A stretch of 64,000 bases of DNA from a bacterium (GTDB lineage Bacteria > Zhuqueibacterota > Zhuqueibacteria > Residuimicrobiales > Krinioviventaceae): the NCBI GenBank assembly GCA_963693055.1, contig OY843751.1, forward strand, positions 352,001 to 416,000, read 5' to 3'. Shown one piece after another: positions 10,758-20,596 of this stretch. The position numbers and the translations under genes are program-made. Each line of letters begins with the position of its first letter. The stretch's first letter is position 1. The notes beneath the pieces are model-generated. The model ran no database searches, had not been told where the DNA came from, and saw nothing but the letters and a program-made list of their open reading frames with translations.

Positions 10758-11495
10758 TTGCTTTTTTGCGTTATTTTGGTTATGATCCAATACAGTGCTG
10801 TGTTTGTCAAAAGTCGGACCTGCGGTTTTGGCGCGCGCTACCACGATCCGGTCGACGGGCGGTTTATCAGTATTGATCCCATGGCAATGAAATACCCTGG
10901 ATTGACACCTTTTCACTATTGTTCAAATAATCCGGTAAATCGAATTGATCCAAGTGGCGAAAATGATAAATCTGCTATGTTAGAAGCCGGTATAAAGACA
11001 GTAGGAGGTGGTTTAACTTATGCTGCTGGATGGGCTCTACAAATTAAAGGAGTTGGAGTAACAATCGTTTCTGTAGATGGATTTTCAGCTCTTGGTGTTG
11101 GCTTGGTAGTTGGCGGTGAAGCATTGAAAGTCGCTGGAGGTTTTTCAGCAGCCACTGGAATTGCAGATTTTAGATTGGCAGCTAGCGTTCCTGATGGTAT
11201 TGATGCAAATGCAATCGGAAATCTCTCCTATGAAGTAGCTCAAGGAGCAGGCATTGAGGGTACTAAGCTGGAAATCATTGGACTTACGGAAGATATTTTA
11301 ACAGGTGGTAAAAATATTGGTAAGTTGGCTGTAGATGGTAGATCTTAAAAATTAATTGAAGCTCTTATTAATACTGCACAAATTACAGAGGATCTTCGAA
11401 ACTATATTATTGAAAGGGGAAAGCAAATTCAAGAAATAAAAGAAAAAAATGAACAAAGCGAACAATTGGAAGAAGATGACGAAGAAGAAAACTAA
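10758..11495 (+). pseudogene. Orphan RHS core / C-terminal toxin-tip fragment with an in-frame stop
   Basis: FGARYHDPVDGRFISIDP...YCSNNPVNRIDPSG is the RHS repeat-associated core ending in DPxG, but no RHS body lies upstream. After TAA 11346-11348 the same frame stays open (KLIEALINTAQITEDLRNYIIERGKQ...EEDDEEEN) to TAA 11493-11495. The start position is uncertain. Confidence 0.75.
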
Positions 11496-11673
11496 GATAT
11501 AAATTATTCGGCAAACAATGGAGTTACTTATGATCATTAAAAGAGTATTGTCTATACTTTTTGATTTTTTTAGTTCTTTTTTGCCTGCTATTGCAGTTAA
11601 TTATGCAGGTGGTAATTTGGTTTTTTCATTTCTATTCTTTTTTATTATAACTCAAATTGGAGAATTATTTTTA

Positions 11674-12885
11674 GAAACCTCTGAAATATTATTAGAATCA
11701 AAGGTAATAATTTACTAATTTGCTGTATGATAAAAAAAACTGGAGTTTTACATGGGTCGCAATAGAATAAACAATGAAGACTTGTTTACCACAGCAGCAA
11801 ATGAAAATTTCAAAAAGCATATAAAAACCCAAAGCAAACAAGCTCTGGAAATTATCAAAGAAAAAATTGATTGGCAAAATTTACTTGAACCCATTGAAGA
11901 ACGTATTGAACAATCAAAAACCAGAAAATCAAATGCAGGCAAGCCGTCATTTGATTTGTTAGTTATTGTTCGTTGTTTTTTATTACAACGTATCTATGGT
12001 TTATCCGATCCTCGCCTGGAAGAAGAGATTGCGGATCGACGTAGTTTTCAATTGTTTCTGGAACTGACCAGTGCGGATGCAATCCCTGACGAAACCACTA
12101 TCTGCCGATATCGTGAACTATTTGCCCGTCTTGGTCTTGATAAAATACTGTTCCGGCAATTCAACAAACAGCTTGAAAAAATGGGTCTGATCGTTGGCAA
12201 AGGAACACTTGTTGATGCAACTATAAAACAAGCACAAGCGAAACCAGGAAGCAAGCGTGATCGTGATGCAGATTTCACAAAGAAACGTGGCAAAACGCAT
12301 TATGGCTACAAAGGCCATATTGGTACAGATTTGGACAGTGATATTATTCATTCTGTAGAGTTTACCAGCGCAAGTATTCACGACACAAATCTTTTTCCGG
12401 ATCTGATAACAGAAAAAGAAAATGCGGTGTTCGCAGATAAAGGTTACACGAACAAAGCCCGCAAGTGCAACCTGCGAGGCAAAGGAGTCTATTGCGGCAT
12501 TCTTGATAAAGGATATAGAAACCGAAATTTGACATCAAAGCAGGTAAAAAGAAATAAGCAATTATCTAAAGTTCGGAATGCAGTTGAAAGACCGTTTGCC
12601 TTTATGAAGCAAGTATTAGATTATGATCGGTGCAGTTATTATGATATGGGCCGAAATCGTTTTGAATTTGTGATTGCAGCATGGGTTTATAATATCAGGC
12701 GTATGGTTACATTAACCACTTGAGCCATTTCGTAGGTATATAACCTATGTATTAGAGTAATGATAGTAAATTTTGTCAAAGAACAATTTTAAATGTTATA
12801 GATTTTATAAATATTTCATTCTCTTTGGAAAATTGAACTCAATTTATTAGTTCAATATGAAAAAATCCAATATTTCAGATGTTTC
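11674..12885 (+). mobile_element. IS5-family insertion sequence, 1212 bp
   Basis: Left IR GAAACCTCTGAAATATT (11674-11690); right end AATATTTCAGATGTTTC (12869-12885), 16/17 complementary; TTTTA on both flanks (11669-11673 and 12886-12890). Confidence 0.88.
11752..12723 (+). CDS. IS5-family DDE transposase
   Basis: LSDPRLEEEIADRRSF and PDETTICRYR N-domain; LVDATI, HYGYKGHIGTD, VFADKGY and RNAVERPF catalytic motifs. Confidence 0.93.
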   Translation: MGRNRINNEDLFTTAANENFKKHIKTQSKQALEIIKEKIDWQNLLEPIEERIEQSKTRKSNAGKPSFDLLVIVRCFLLQRIYGLSDPRLEEEIADRRSFQLFLELTSADAIPDETTICRYRELFARLGLDKILFRQFNKQLEKMGLIVGKGTLVDATIKQAQAKPGSKRDRDADFTKKRGKTHYGYKGHIGTDLDSDIIHSVEFTSASIHDTNLFPDLITEKENAVFADKGYTNKARKCNLRGKGVYCGILDKGYRNRNLTSKQVKRNKQLSKVRNAVERPFAFMKQVLDYDRCSYYDMGRNRFEFVIAAWVYNIRRMVTLTT

Positions 12886-13188
12886 TTTTAATTAAAATCG
12901 TAATGGTCATTGGGATTCCTATAAATAGAATTGCCAATAGTATCCGGACCAGGAAAAACGGTTGTTTTGCAGAGTTGATTTCAGCATTCATTTTTAACAT
13001 CCTTCTGGTTGGTTAATTTTCTTTTATATCATATTGTTTTCTCCTCAGGAAACCTATAGGACTTTTTTCTCATTCATGCTCTTTGAACTAGGCCTTTTGT
13101 CTTATATTCAGAATGAAAAGCTTAATTGGTGCTTGAATTAAAGAGAACATTTGTATATTTTCTTTTTATATGAACAAAAGGAAGAGGA

Positions 13189-14121
13189 ATGGCAGACCAT
13201 TACAAGATTTTTATAGCCCTGGTTAACCTGATGGCGGGTTCTGCAATTTTTATATATACCCACAATGTGCAAAAAACATTTTCTTTTTCATACATCAGGC
13301 ATGTAAAGCATTATATTGTTTATTATAATATTCTGATATTTTTATTGCTGGTTACAAAGTATTATGATGTGAATGTATCACTGGAGGCATTGTCTGGTTA
13401 TATACCAGTGATGGTCAAGTTTGTTGAGCTGATCTTTTCTTTGACTTTTATTGGGATGGCTTTTGCAGTTTTCAGTTTTTATAATGGCATTCGGGGAAGG
13501 AAAGTTAATCATAAAATTATAAAGTTTATCAGGGTTTTTTTGATATTAACTGTTTTCGGTTATATTGTTTACATATTTATAAATCCGCAAACAGCTGCGT
13601 ATAAATGGATTTCTATTGTTCTTGAATCGATTGGTGATCTGTTTTTTATTCTTCAGGTAGTTATTTTGACCGCAATGTTTTTGTATTCGAAACGGATTGA
13701 GAATCCGCTTGAGGCAAAGATGGTGCGTTTTTATCCTGTTTTGTATTTTATTGGATTTGTTTCGTTTTTCATTCTTTACCTGCTGCCGGCAGGATTCCGT
13801 TTGTATCTTTTATTCCCTTTGTTATTCTATTGCAATATTATTCCTGTGATCTGGTTGCGATTCTATTTTTTGAGGTTTGCCCAAGATAGTTTGGTTATCG
13901 TGTTTGATAACGATTTGAGAGATACTATATTTAAAAAATATAATATTTCAAAGCGGGAGCAGGAAATTATTGAATTGCTGTTAGAGGGTAACAGCAACAA
14001 AGAAATTACACAAAAGCTGTTTATTTCATTACATACGGTTAAAAACCATATCTATAATATCTATCAAAAAATGGGGATTAAAAGCCGTTATCAGTTATTA
14101 AATATGTTTATACAAAAATAA
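13189..14121 (+). CDS. Membrane-bound LuxR-family transcriptional regulator
   Basis: About seven hydrophobic segments followed by the LuxR HTH ISKREQEIIELLLEGNSNKEITQKLFISLHTVKNHIYNIYQK. Confidence 0.9.
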   Translation: MADHYKIFIALVNLMAGSAIFIYTHNVQKTFSFSYIRHVKHYIVYYNILIFLLLVTKYYDVNVSLEALSGYIPVMVKFVELIFSLTFIGMAFAVFSFYNGIRGRKVNHKIIKFIRVFLILTVFGYIVYIFINPQTAAYKWISIVLESIGDLFFILQVVILTAMFLYSKRIENPLEAKMVRFYPVLYFIGFVSFFILYLLPAGFRLYLLFPLLFYCNIIPVIWLRFYFLRFAQDSLVIVFDNDLRDTIFKKYNISKREQEIIELLLEGNSNKEITQKLFISLHTVKNHIYNIYQKMGIKSRYQLLNMFIQK

Positions 14122-14139
14122 ATTTTAAATATGCTGGGC

Positions 14140-14592
14140 TCAATATCCCAATTGAGTCTGGGTTGGCCAGTTTACATACAATAATGCAACAAGTACTGCT
14201 AAATTGATAACAATATTGCCAATTTTATGGGGAAATAGCAGTATGAACGCATTCCAGTAAAGAAATATCGCCCACAATGAAATAACAGCCGAAATGATTA
14301 AAATCCTTCTCCAAAGATCTATTGGAATGAGTAAACCATTCATTGAAAAGGTACCACAAATAAATCCCGTAAAAGCAGCTACAAATAAAATTGCTGCAAT
14401 GATTCTGGAGACAGATGAACCCAGTAAATCTGTCAAGAGCCATGAATTCGCGGACCAGTTTTTAGCCCAATCGGGTCCTTTGGCACTGCCTACACCAAAT
14501 AACCCCAAGGCCGGGATAGCGCCCATGAGTTGTCCCACACCATGAAATACCAATATTGCAGTAATGGTCAATCGTAAAACTATCGGTGACAT
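14140..14592 (-). CDS. Hypothetical integral membrane protein (about 4 TM)
   Basis: 150-aa hydrophobic ORF with an AAAGGG SD-like site; fills the gap between neighbouring genes. Confidence 0.75.
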   Translation of the reverse strand: MSPIVLRLTITAILVFHGVGQLMGAIPALGLFGVGSAKGPDWAKNWSANSWLLTDLLGSSVSRIIAAILFVAAFTGFICGTFSMNGLLIPIDLWRRILIISAVISLWAIFLYWNAFILLFPHKIGNIVINLAVLVALLYVNWPTQTQLGY

Positions 14593-14771
14593 GTATTACC
14601 CCTTTTCCTGATGATTTGAATATTTAAAAATAAATGAATTTGGGCAATTCTGCAAGGGATTTTAATATTTGTTGTAATATGCATCAATATGATAAATTAA
14701 AAGTCGTTTCCGAAATAACCTGAACCTCATTCATGTTGTAACATTTTATCAGGTAAAGGAGAGGAGAATGT

Positions 14772-16988
14772 ATGAGACGTTCAATCATATGGGGATTGGG
14801 GTTATTACTGATATTTACCATGCAGGGATTGACAACCAATGTGGTATCTGAAGGTGTCTTAGCAAGATACTATTATGTGGATGAACCGAATGAAATACAG
14901 TTTGTTGCCAGTAATGACAGCAATTTTACCGCTGATAAATATACGGCAACGGTAACGGTTAAGGACAAACAGGGTAATGTTGTCTTTGATGATGAGGTGG
15001 AAGGTACAGACCTGAAACCGTATACCAAAGATACACTATCTACCCAAATTAAATGGACGCCCACACTGACCGGTTATTATGATCTTTCCGTAAAACTGGA
15101 TTTTGAATGGGAAGTTTATCCGGAAGATAATGAGAAAACGGTCGAGGTGCCGGTCATTATAAGCCGGTCAACTGCCGCATCTGTGTTAAACAGTTATCTG
15201 CCATCGTTATTCACTGACCTTGAAAAGGTGTGGGCATTTATGCCGCAGGAACCTTTACAGCCGGGTGATAAACTGGAATCTTTTGATACTCGCGAGTTTT
15301 CAGTATCGCTCGATTCGTGGAAATATTTGGGCTGGGTAGACTGGGGCAAGGATTTTAACTTTGCTCATCCGGGATATTATGTAACCATTGACGCTTTTGA
15401 TTCTTCAAAAGTGGATACGAATTATATCAACTGGTACCCTAAAATCAATGGATTGACATATCTGGGAGATTATGACGAACGAATCAATAGCGATGACCGG
15501 GTGTATGGTACGGATCCTGAACAGACTGTGGAAACGGATACGGAAACCATAACCGATCAGTCATCTACCTCTGCTACGGGTGATTCAATTTGTGTACTGC
15601 TGGTAACCGGTAGTGAAGATTCAGACAGAGAACGGGAAGCCCGGCAGTTTAATATTGATGTTATTCGAAATAATTTGATGAATGAAAGTCTGGGAGTAAA
15701 CCTCCCGGAATCCAGTTTTGAAACGTTACGGAATCCCACGAGACAGCAGATTATTGATAAAATTCGTTCAATGAAGGACAAATGCAAAGCGGTTTATTTT
15801 TATTATACAGGCCATGGCTGGGATGGCGGCATGTGCACCAGCGATACCGCAAATGCCTGGATTGGATATTGGGACCTTGCCAATGAGCTATACGATACCA
15901 ATGCACAAGATATTAATGTAATACTGGATACCTGCCACTCGGGATCCGCAATAGAGTGGTTTGATAGCTATCGAAAGCGGGACCGTAATGTTACGGTTTT
16001 GACATCGTGCACCGCGGATACATTGTCCTGGCGGTATGTGATACAGAATGACGGAAACGGCGATGCTATCTGGGGCAGCTTTTTTACCTGGGCCTGGGTG
16101 AAATGTTATGGCGATCCTGCTGCTGATGCAAACAATGATGGTATGGTTTCGTTGGTAGAGGCGTTTGACTGTGTTCGGGCCGCGAATCCCGAGCTGGATG
16201 GGGATCATATCAACACACTGATGAATCCGCAGCGATTTACACATCGGGCGGTGGTACCTCCAGCCGAGCCGGAGCAGCCGGTTACGGTGCCGGACTCTGA
16301 TTTGCGAATTACGGCAAACGATTACAACGAATATGATCTGGATATGGGCGTAACAGTCAAGACTTATGGTTATGATGATGAATTTTATGTGGAACCCTAT
16401 GGCGGCGGTATTACCGGACTGGGCACGTACAAGTATTACAATACGGAATATTATTTTACTCCCGCTGATGTGGAGGATTATACCAAATATACCCTCGAGT
16501 TCAAGTACACACTGGGACTCGATGTCTATACCTTGAATGCTAAACTGGGGCTGGTGTATCGTGACAGTTCCGATTCAAAATGGAATGTTTGGGAGAAATC
16601 AGAAATCGATACCAGCAAGCAGACGGTATATGGCTATGATATCAACAAGGACGGATACTGGGCGCTGGGCACCATAACGCTGGAGACCGCTGTTGATGGC
16701 AGTGAACAAATCGTTGCGGCACCCCTGGGGTACCGGTTGGAACAGAATTATCCCAATCCTTTTAACCCTGCTACAAAGATCATGTACAGTATTCCATCAA
16801 GACAGCATGTCAAACTGGCGGTATATGATATAACAGGTCGTACCGTTGCGTTGTTATTTGAAGGGGTTCAGGATGCGGGCATACATCAACTGGGATTTGA
16901 CGCATCTGCTTTGTCATCCGGAACATATTTTGTGCGCATTGAAAGCGGGGATTACACCGCGATTCGAAAGATGGTATATGTGAGATGA
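14772..16988 (+). CDS. Secreted clan-CD (caspase/C13-like) cysteine peptidase with Ig-like domains and a T9SS/FlgD-type C-terminal domain
   Basis: Strong GGAGAGGAG SD; signal peptide; His-Cys dyad motifs YFYYTGHG and ILDTCHSGS; DANNDGMVSLVEAF; CTD YRLEQNYPNPFNP...LSSGTYFVRI...RKMVYVR. Confidence 0.8.
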   Translation: MRRSIIWGLGLLLIFTMQGLTTNVVSEGVLARYYYVDEPNEIQFVASNDSNFTADKYTATVTVKDKQGNVVFDDEVEGTDLKPYTKDTLSTQIKWTPTLTGYYDLSVKLDFEWEVYPEDNEKTVEVPVIISRSTAASVLNSYLPSLFTDLEKVWAFMPQEPLQPGDKLESFDTREFSVSLDSWKYLGWVDWGKDFNFAHPGYYVTIDAFDSSKVDTNYINWYPKINGLTYLGDYDERINSDDRVYGTDPEQTVETDTETITDQSSTSATGDSICVLLVTGSEDSDREREARQFNIDVIRNNLMNESLGVNLPESSFETLRNPTRQQIIDKIRSMKDKCKAVYFYYTGHGWDGGMCTSDTANAWIGYWDLANELYDTNAQDINVILDTCHSGSAIEWFDSYRKRDRNVTVLTSCTADTLSWRYVIQNDGNGDAIWGSFFTWAWVKCYGDPAADANNDGMVSLVEAFDCVRAANPELDGDHINTLMNPQRFTHRAVVPPAEPEQPVTVPDSDLRITANDYNEYDLDMGVTVKTYGYDDEFYVEPYGGGITGLGTYKYYNTEYYFTPADVEDYTKYTLEFKYTLGLDVYTLNAKLGLVYRDSSDSKWNVWEKSEIDTSKQTVYGYDINKDGYWALGTITLETAVDGSEQIVAAPLGYRLEQNYPNPFNPATKIMYSIPSRQHVKLAVYDITGRTVALLFEGVQDAGIHQLGFDASALSSGTYFVRIESGDYTAIRKMVYVR

Positions 16989-16992
16989 AAAT

Positions 16993-17023
16993 AAAAAAGG
17001 GCGGTCAAGGGTCGCCCTTTTTT
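16993..17023. terminator. Bidirectional intrinsic terminator
   Basis: AAAAAAGGGCGG-TCAAGGG-TCGCCCTTTTTT between convergent genes. Confidence 0.8.
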
Positions 17024-17026
17024 GTT

Positions 17027-17989
17027 TCAATCCATTTTTATCACCAATTTCCCCCGAATCCTTTCACCCTTTTCCATTGTGGTAATGGATTCCACGGCGC
17101 TATTCAATGGGACGGTTTTACCAATGACGGGTTTCAGAATGCCTTGTTCCGCCAACTCTGCAAGCTTGAGTAGACGTTCACGCTTGCCTAGGGTGTTGAA
17201 TACGGTATAGGATTTGTTGGAAATCAAGGATGTCAACAAGGCCAATGGTAATCCGGAAGTGGGGATAATATGTATAAATGTTCCTCCCGGTTTGAGGATC
17301 TTCAGGCATTTGCTGAAAGAGAGTGTTCCCGGTGTATCGAAAATGATATCAAAAGGGTGGGATAAATTATATGCGGATTTGCTCCGGTAATCATAAACCT
17401 CGTCGCAGCCCAATTGTTTTGCATCTTCCATGTCGTAACTGCCGCAGAATCCGGTCACTTTTGCACCGGATCCTTTCGCAATCTGTACGGCCATGTGTCC
17501 CACGCCACCCATACAACCGTTCACCAGTACATCCATACCTGACGCAAGGTGGGCTTTGTCGAAAAAGGCCTTGAGTACCGTACTGCCGGCTACACCAAAA
17601 CAGGCGGTTTGTTCAAAGGAGACACTGTCCGGGATGGGTACAGTCAATTCCGCATCCACAGCCACATACTCGGCAAAAGTGCCGCTGTTGCGGTAATCGG
17701 CCCAGCCGAACATCCGGTCTCCCGGATTCAGACCGGTTACATTGCTGCCGGTTTGTTCAACGATACCGCTAAAGTCTATACCCATCTGCCGGGGGAATCT
17801 GCTGCGGGTCACAAACCGCACGAGTCCGGACCTCAATTTGAGGTCCACCGGATTTACGGACGCGGCCTTGACGCGTACCAGCACCTGGTTACTTTTTGGA
17901 ATCGGAGTGGGGACTTCACCGAGGTGCATGACCTCGGGGCCGCCGTATCGATTATAGAGAATGGATTTCATAGAATAATACGCTTTCAA
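17027..17989 (-). CDS. NAD(P)-dependent medium-chain oxidoreductase (quinone oxidoreductase/ADH-like MDR)
   Basis: YGGPEV; VRVKAASVNPVDLK; GIDFSGIV; GTFAEYV; VLVNGCMGGVGH; C-terminal RGKLVI. Confidence 0.92.
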   Translation of the reverse strand: MKAYYSMKSILYNRYGGPEVMHLGEVPTPIPKSNQVLVRVKAASVNPVDLKLRSGLVRFVTRSRFPRQMGIDFSGIVEQTGSNVTGLNPGDRMFGWADYRNSGTFAEYVAVDAELTVPIPDSVSFEQTACFGVAGSTVLKAFFDKAHLASGMDVLVNGCMGGVGHMAVQIAKGSGAKVTGFCGSYDMEDAKQLGCDEVYDYRSKSAYNLSHPFDIIFDTPGTLSFSKCLKILKPGGTFIHIIPTSGLPLALLTSLISNKSYTVFNTLGKRERLLKLAELAEQGILKPVIGKTVPLNSAVESITTMEKGERIRGKLVIKMD

Positions 17990-18178
17990 TTGTTTTAATG
18001 GGAAAACAAAATTGTTCAGGGGTTATTCCATTTCATTACTTGAAAAAACAGAGGATTGTGGATTGTAAACAATTATCATATTTTAATATTCGGATATCAA
18101 ATATTTTGGAATATTAAAATAAAATTTTATATTATTGTCTCTCTTTACGTCAAATCAAAAAAAAATTGAGGAAAAATT

Positions 18179-20521
18179 ATGGGTAAATCGTTTTTCAGTT
18201 TCCTGATCATTGCATTGACCAGCACATTCTGCCTGGCCGGTGGTGGTCAAAAATCTGCTGTAGATTATGTCGATCCTTTTATTGGTACTGACTTTTTTGC
18301 ACATACCTACCCCGGGGCAGTTGTTCCGTTCAGTATGGTGCAATTGAGTCCTGATACCTATAACCAGGGTTGGACCTATTGTTCCGGTTATCAGTCCAAG
18401 GATTTTTCACTGATGGGATTCAGCCATACCCATCTTTCCGGAACCGGCGGCGCGGAAATGGGTGATATTCTGATCATGCCTACTACCGGACAAAAACTTT
18501 TTGTTGTACCCGGTACGCGTGAAAATCCTGATGAAGGGTACCGTTCCCGTTTCAGCCATGATCGTGAATGGGCAACTCCCGGTTATTACGCGGTTGATTT
18601 GCTGGATTACGGCATAAAAGCAGAGCTGACTGCAACAAAACGTGTGGGAGTTCACCGCTATACTTTTCCCAAAAGTGAAAATGCCCATATCATTATGGAT
18701 CTGACCCATGTGATTGGTGGTGCTCCTGAAGCTCCATCTCATGTAGAGTTTGTAAATAATTACAAAATGCAGGGTTGGAAGCAAGGTTCAACTGTTAAAG
18801 TGTATTTTGTTGCCGAGTTCAGCAAACCTTTTGCAGCTTTTGGCACTTGGGACACCTCTTACGATATGCCGGAATCCGATGAAGATCTGTATCCTTATCA
18901 CACGCACGAAACCGGTAATGCAATTGGTGCATTTGTCAATTATGTGACAACCGAAGGTGAACAGGTTGTTGTCAAAGTTGCAATTTCTTATGTAAGTGTA
19001 GAAGGCGCACAGAAAAATTTGGATGCCGAAGTTCCCCATTGGGATTTTGAACAGGTCCGTTATGAGGCCCGTGAAACCTGGGCAAAAGCATTGTCTGCCA
19101 TTGATATTCAAGGCGGAACTGAAGATCAGAAACAGATCTTTTATACCGGATTGTATCATTCATTACTACCCCAGTACATCAGTTCGGATGTAGATGGTAA
19201 ATATGTAGGTATGGATGGCAGTATTCAGACCGCAAAAGATTTCGAGTTTTTCCCCACATTTCTGGCCTGGGATACGTTTCGTTCAGAACATCCATTGATT
19301 ACCCTGGTAGCTCCCGAATATGTGGATGATATTGTAAAATCCATTGAATCCAAAGTCAGAACATATGGCTGGCTGCCGGCACAGCATACACGTAACCAGT
19401 TCCAACAGGGCATGGTGGGTGACCACCTGGTGCCTATTGTGGTAGATGCCTATATGAAGGGTTTTCGTGATTTTGATGTAGAGTTTTTGTACAATGCCAT
19501 GAAAGCCAAGGCGACTACAGAGGCGCCATCCAAATATCCCAGCGATCACAGTCGCTCCGGTATCGATTATACCAACAAGTTGGGGTATGCTCCGTGCGAT
19601 CGTATTACAGAATCGGTTTCCAATACTCTTGAATTTGCCTATAACGACTGGTGTCTGGCGCAGATGGCCAAAGAGATGGGCAAGATGGATGATTATGAAA
19701 TGTTTATGAAAAAAGCCGGAAATTATAAAAATGTGTGGGATTCAGAAACACGTTTTATGCGTCCGCGCAAAGTGAATGGTGATTTTCTTGAATTAAAAAC
19801 TGATAAACAGGAAATTAAACATTACAAAGACCATTCTTATTTTGGCTATTTTGATCCATTTTTGATTGGCCGCAGACCCAATCGCCACTATTCAGAATCT
19901 GATGCATGGGATTATCTCTGGTTTGTTCCGCATGATCCCAAAGGACTTGTTAATTTGTTTGGCAGTCAAGATGCTTTTATTGCCAAGCTGGATAGCCACT
20001 TTACCATAAGTCCTGAAGTTTCTTTTCCGAAATATGTCGGTGTTGTGGGTACCTATGGTCAATATGTTCATGGTAACCAGCCTGCTCATCATGTGGCCTA
20101 TATGTATGATTACGCGGGCCAGCCCTGGAAAACCCAAATGCGTACCCGTCACATCATGGACTTTTTGTATCGCACCGGTCGTGCCGGTATCTGCGGTAAT
20201 GATGATATGGGTTCATTATCATCATGGTATGTGTTGAGCGCAATGGGATTTTACCCTGTTAGTCCCGGCTCTAACGAATATGCTATCGGTTCACCCTTGT
20301 TTGATAAAGCAACAATCAATCTTGGTGCACCATACAGTGGTAAGGAATTTACAGTCAAGGCTGTAAATGTTTCTGCAGAGAATAAATACATCCAGTCCGC
20401 AAAACTGAATGGCAGAGACCTGAATAAAGCAATTCTTTCTCAGGAAGCCATTGCGAATGGCGGTACCCTGGAATTGATTATGGGACCCGATCCCAATAAA
20501 TCATGGGGTTTGGGAAAATAG
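18179..20521 (+). CDS. Glycoside hydrolase family 92 (alpha-mannosidase)
   Basis: YVDPFIGT; HTYPGAVVPFSMVQLSPDT; GFSHTHLSGTG; WDTFR; TLEFAYND; GQYVHGNQP; GNDDMGSLSSWY. Confidence 0.95.
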   Translation: MGKSFFSFLIIALTSTFCLAGGGQKSAVDYVDPFIGTDFFAHTYPGAVVPFSMVQLSPDTYNQGWTYCSGYQSKDFSLMGFSHTHLSGTGGAEMGDILIMPTTGQKLFVVPGTRENPDEGYRSRFSHDREWATPGYYAVDLLDYGIKAELTATKRVGVHRYTFPKSENAHIIMDLTHVIGGAPEAPSHVEFVNNYKMQGWKQGSTVKVYFVAEFSKPFAAFGTWDTSYDMPESDEDLYPYHTHETGNAIGAFVNYVTTEGEQVVVKVAISYVSVEGAQKNLDAEVPHWDFEQVRYEARETWAKALSAIDIQGGTEDQKQIFYTGLYHSLLPQYISSDVDGKYVGMDGSIQTAKDFEFFPTFLAWDTFRSEHPLITLVAPEYVDDIVKSIESKVRTYGWLPAQHTRNQFQQGMVGDHLVPIVVDAYMKGFRDFDVEFLYNAMKAKATTEAPSKYPSDHSRSGIDYTNKLGYAPCDRITESVSNTLEFAYNDWCLAQMAKEMGKMDDYEMFMKKAGNYKNVWDSETRFMRPRKVNGDFLELKTDKQEIKHYKDHSYFGYFDPFLIGRRPNRHYSESDAWDYLWFVPHDPKGLVNLFGSQDAFIAKLDSHFTISPEVSFPKYVGVVGTYGQYVHGNQPAHHVAYMYDYAGQPWKTQMRTRHIMDFLYRTGRAGICGNDDMGSLSSWYVLSAMGFYPVSPGSNEYAIGSPLFDKATINLGAPYSGKEFTVKAVNVSAENKYIQSAKLNGRDLNKAILSQEAIANGGTLELIMGPDPNKSWGLGK

Positions 20522-20542
20522 AGTTTTAATGGATTTCTTAAA

Positions 20543-20571
20543 GTAGGGAACGGTCTTAGACCGTTCCCTAC
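20543..20571. repeat. GTAG-type REP, copy 1
   Basis: GTAGGGAACGGTCT-T-AGACCGTTCCCTAC with perfect 14-bp arms. Confidence 0.9.
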
Positions 20572-20596
20572 AATTTATAAAGTATATGGGGTCTTT

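Larger units (their letters stand above)
11518..13016 (+). pseudogene. Small membrane protein (possible immunity gene) interrupted by the IS5-family element
   Basis: 11518-11673 (52 codons, hydrophobic) joins in frame to 12891-13016 (41 codons plus stop) once the IS and one TTTTA copy are removed, giving about 93 aa. Confidence 0.55.

Noticed and set aside
11346-11348. Stop-codon reassignment or programmed read-through
   Set aside because: TAA terminates many intact genes in this window. A nonsense mutation in a remnant is the simpler explanation.
12950-12980. GTTTTGCAGAG as the right end of the IS5 element
   Set aside because: No matching left end was found. The 12869-12885 IR pairs 16/17 with the left end and has a target duplication.
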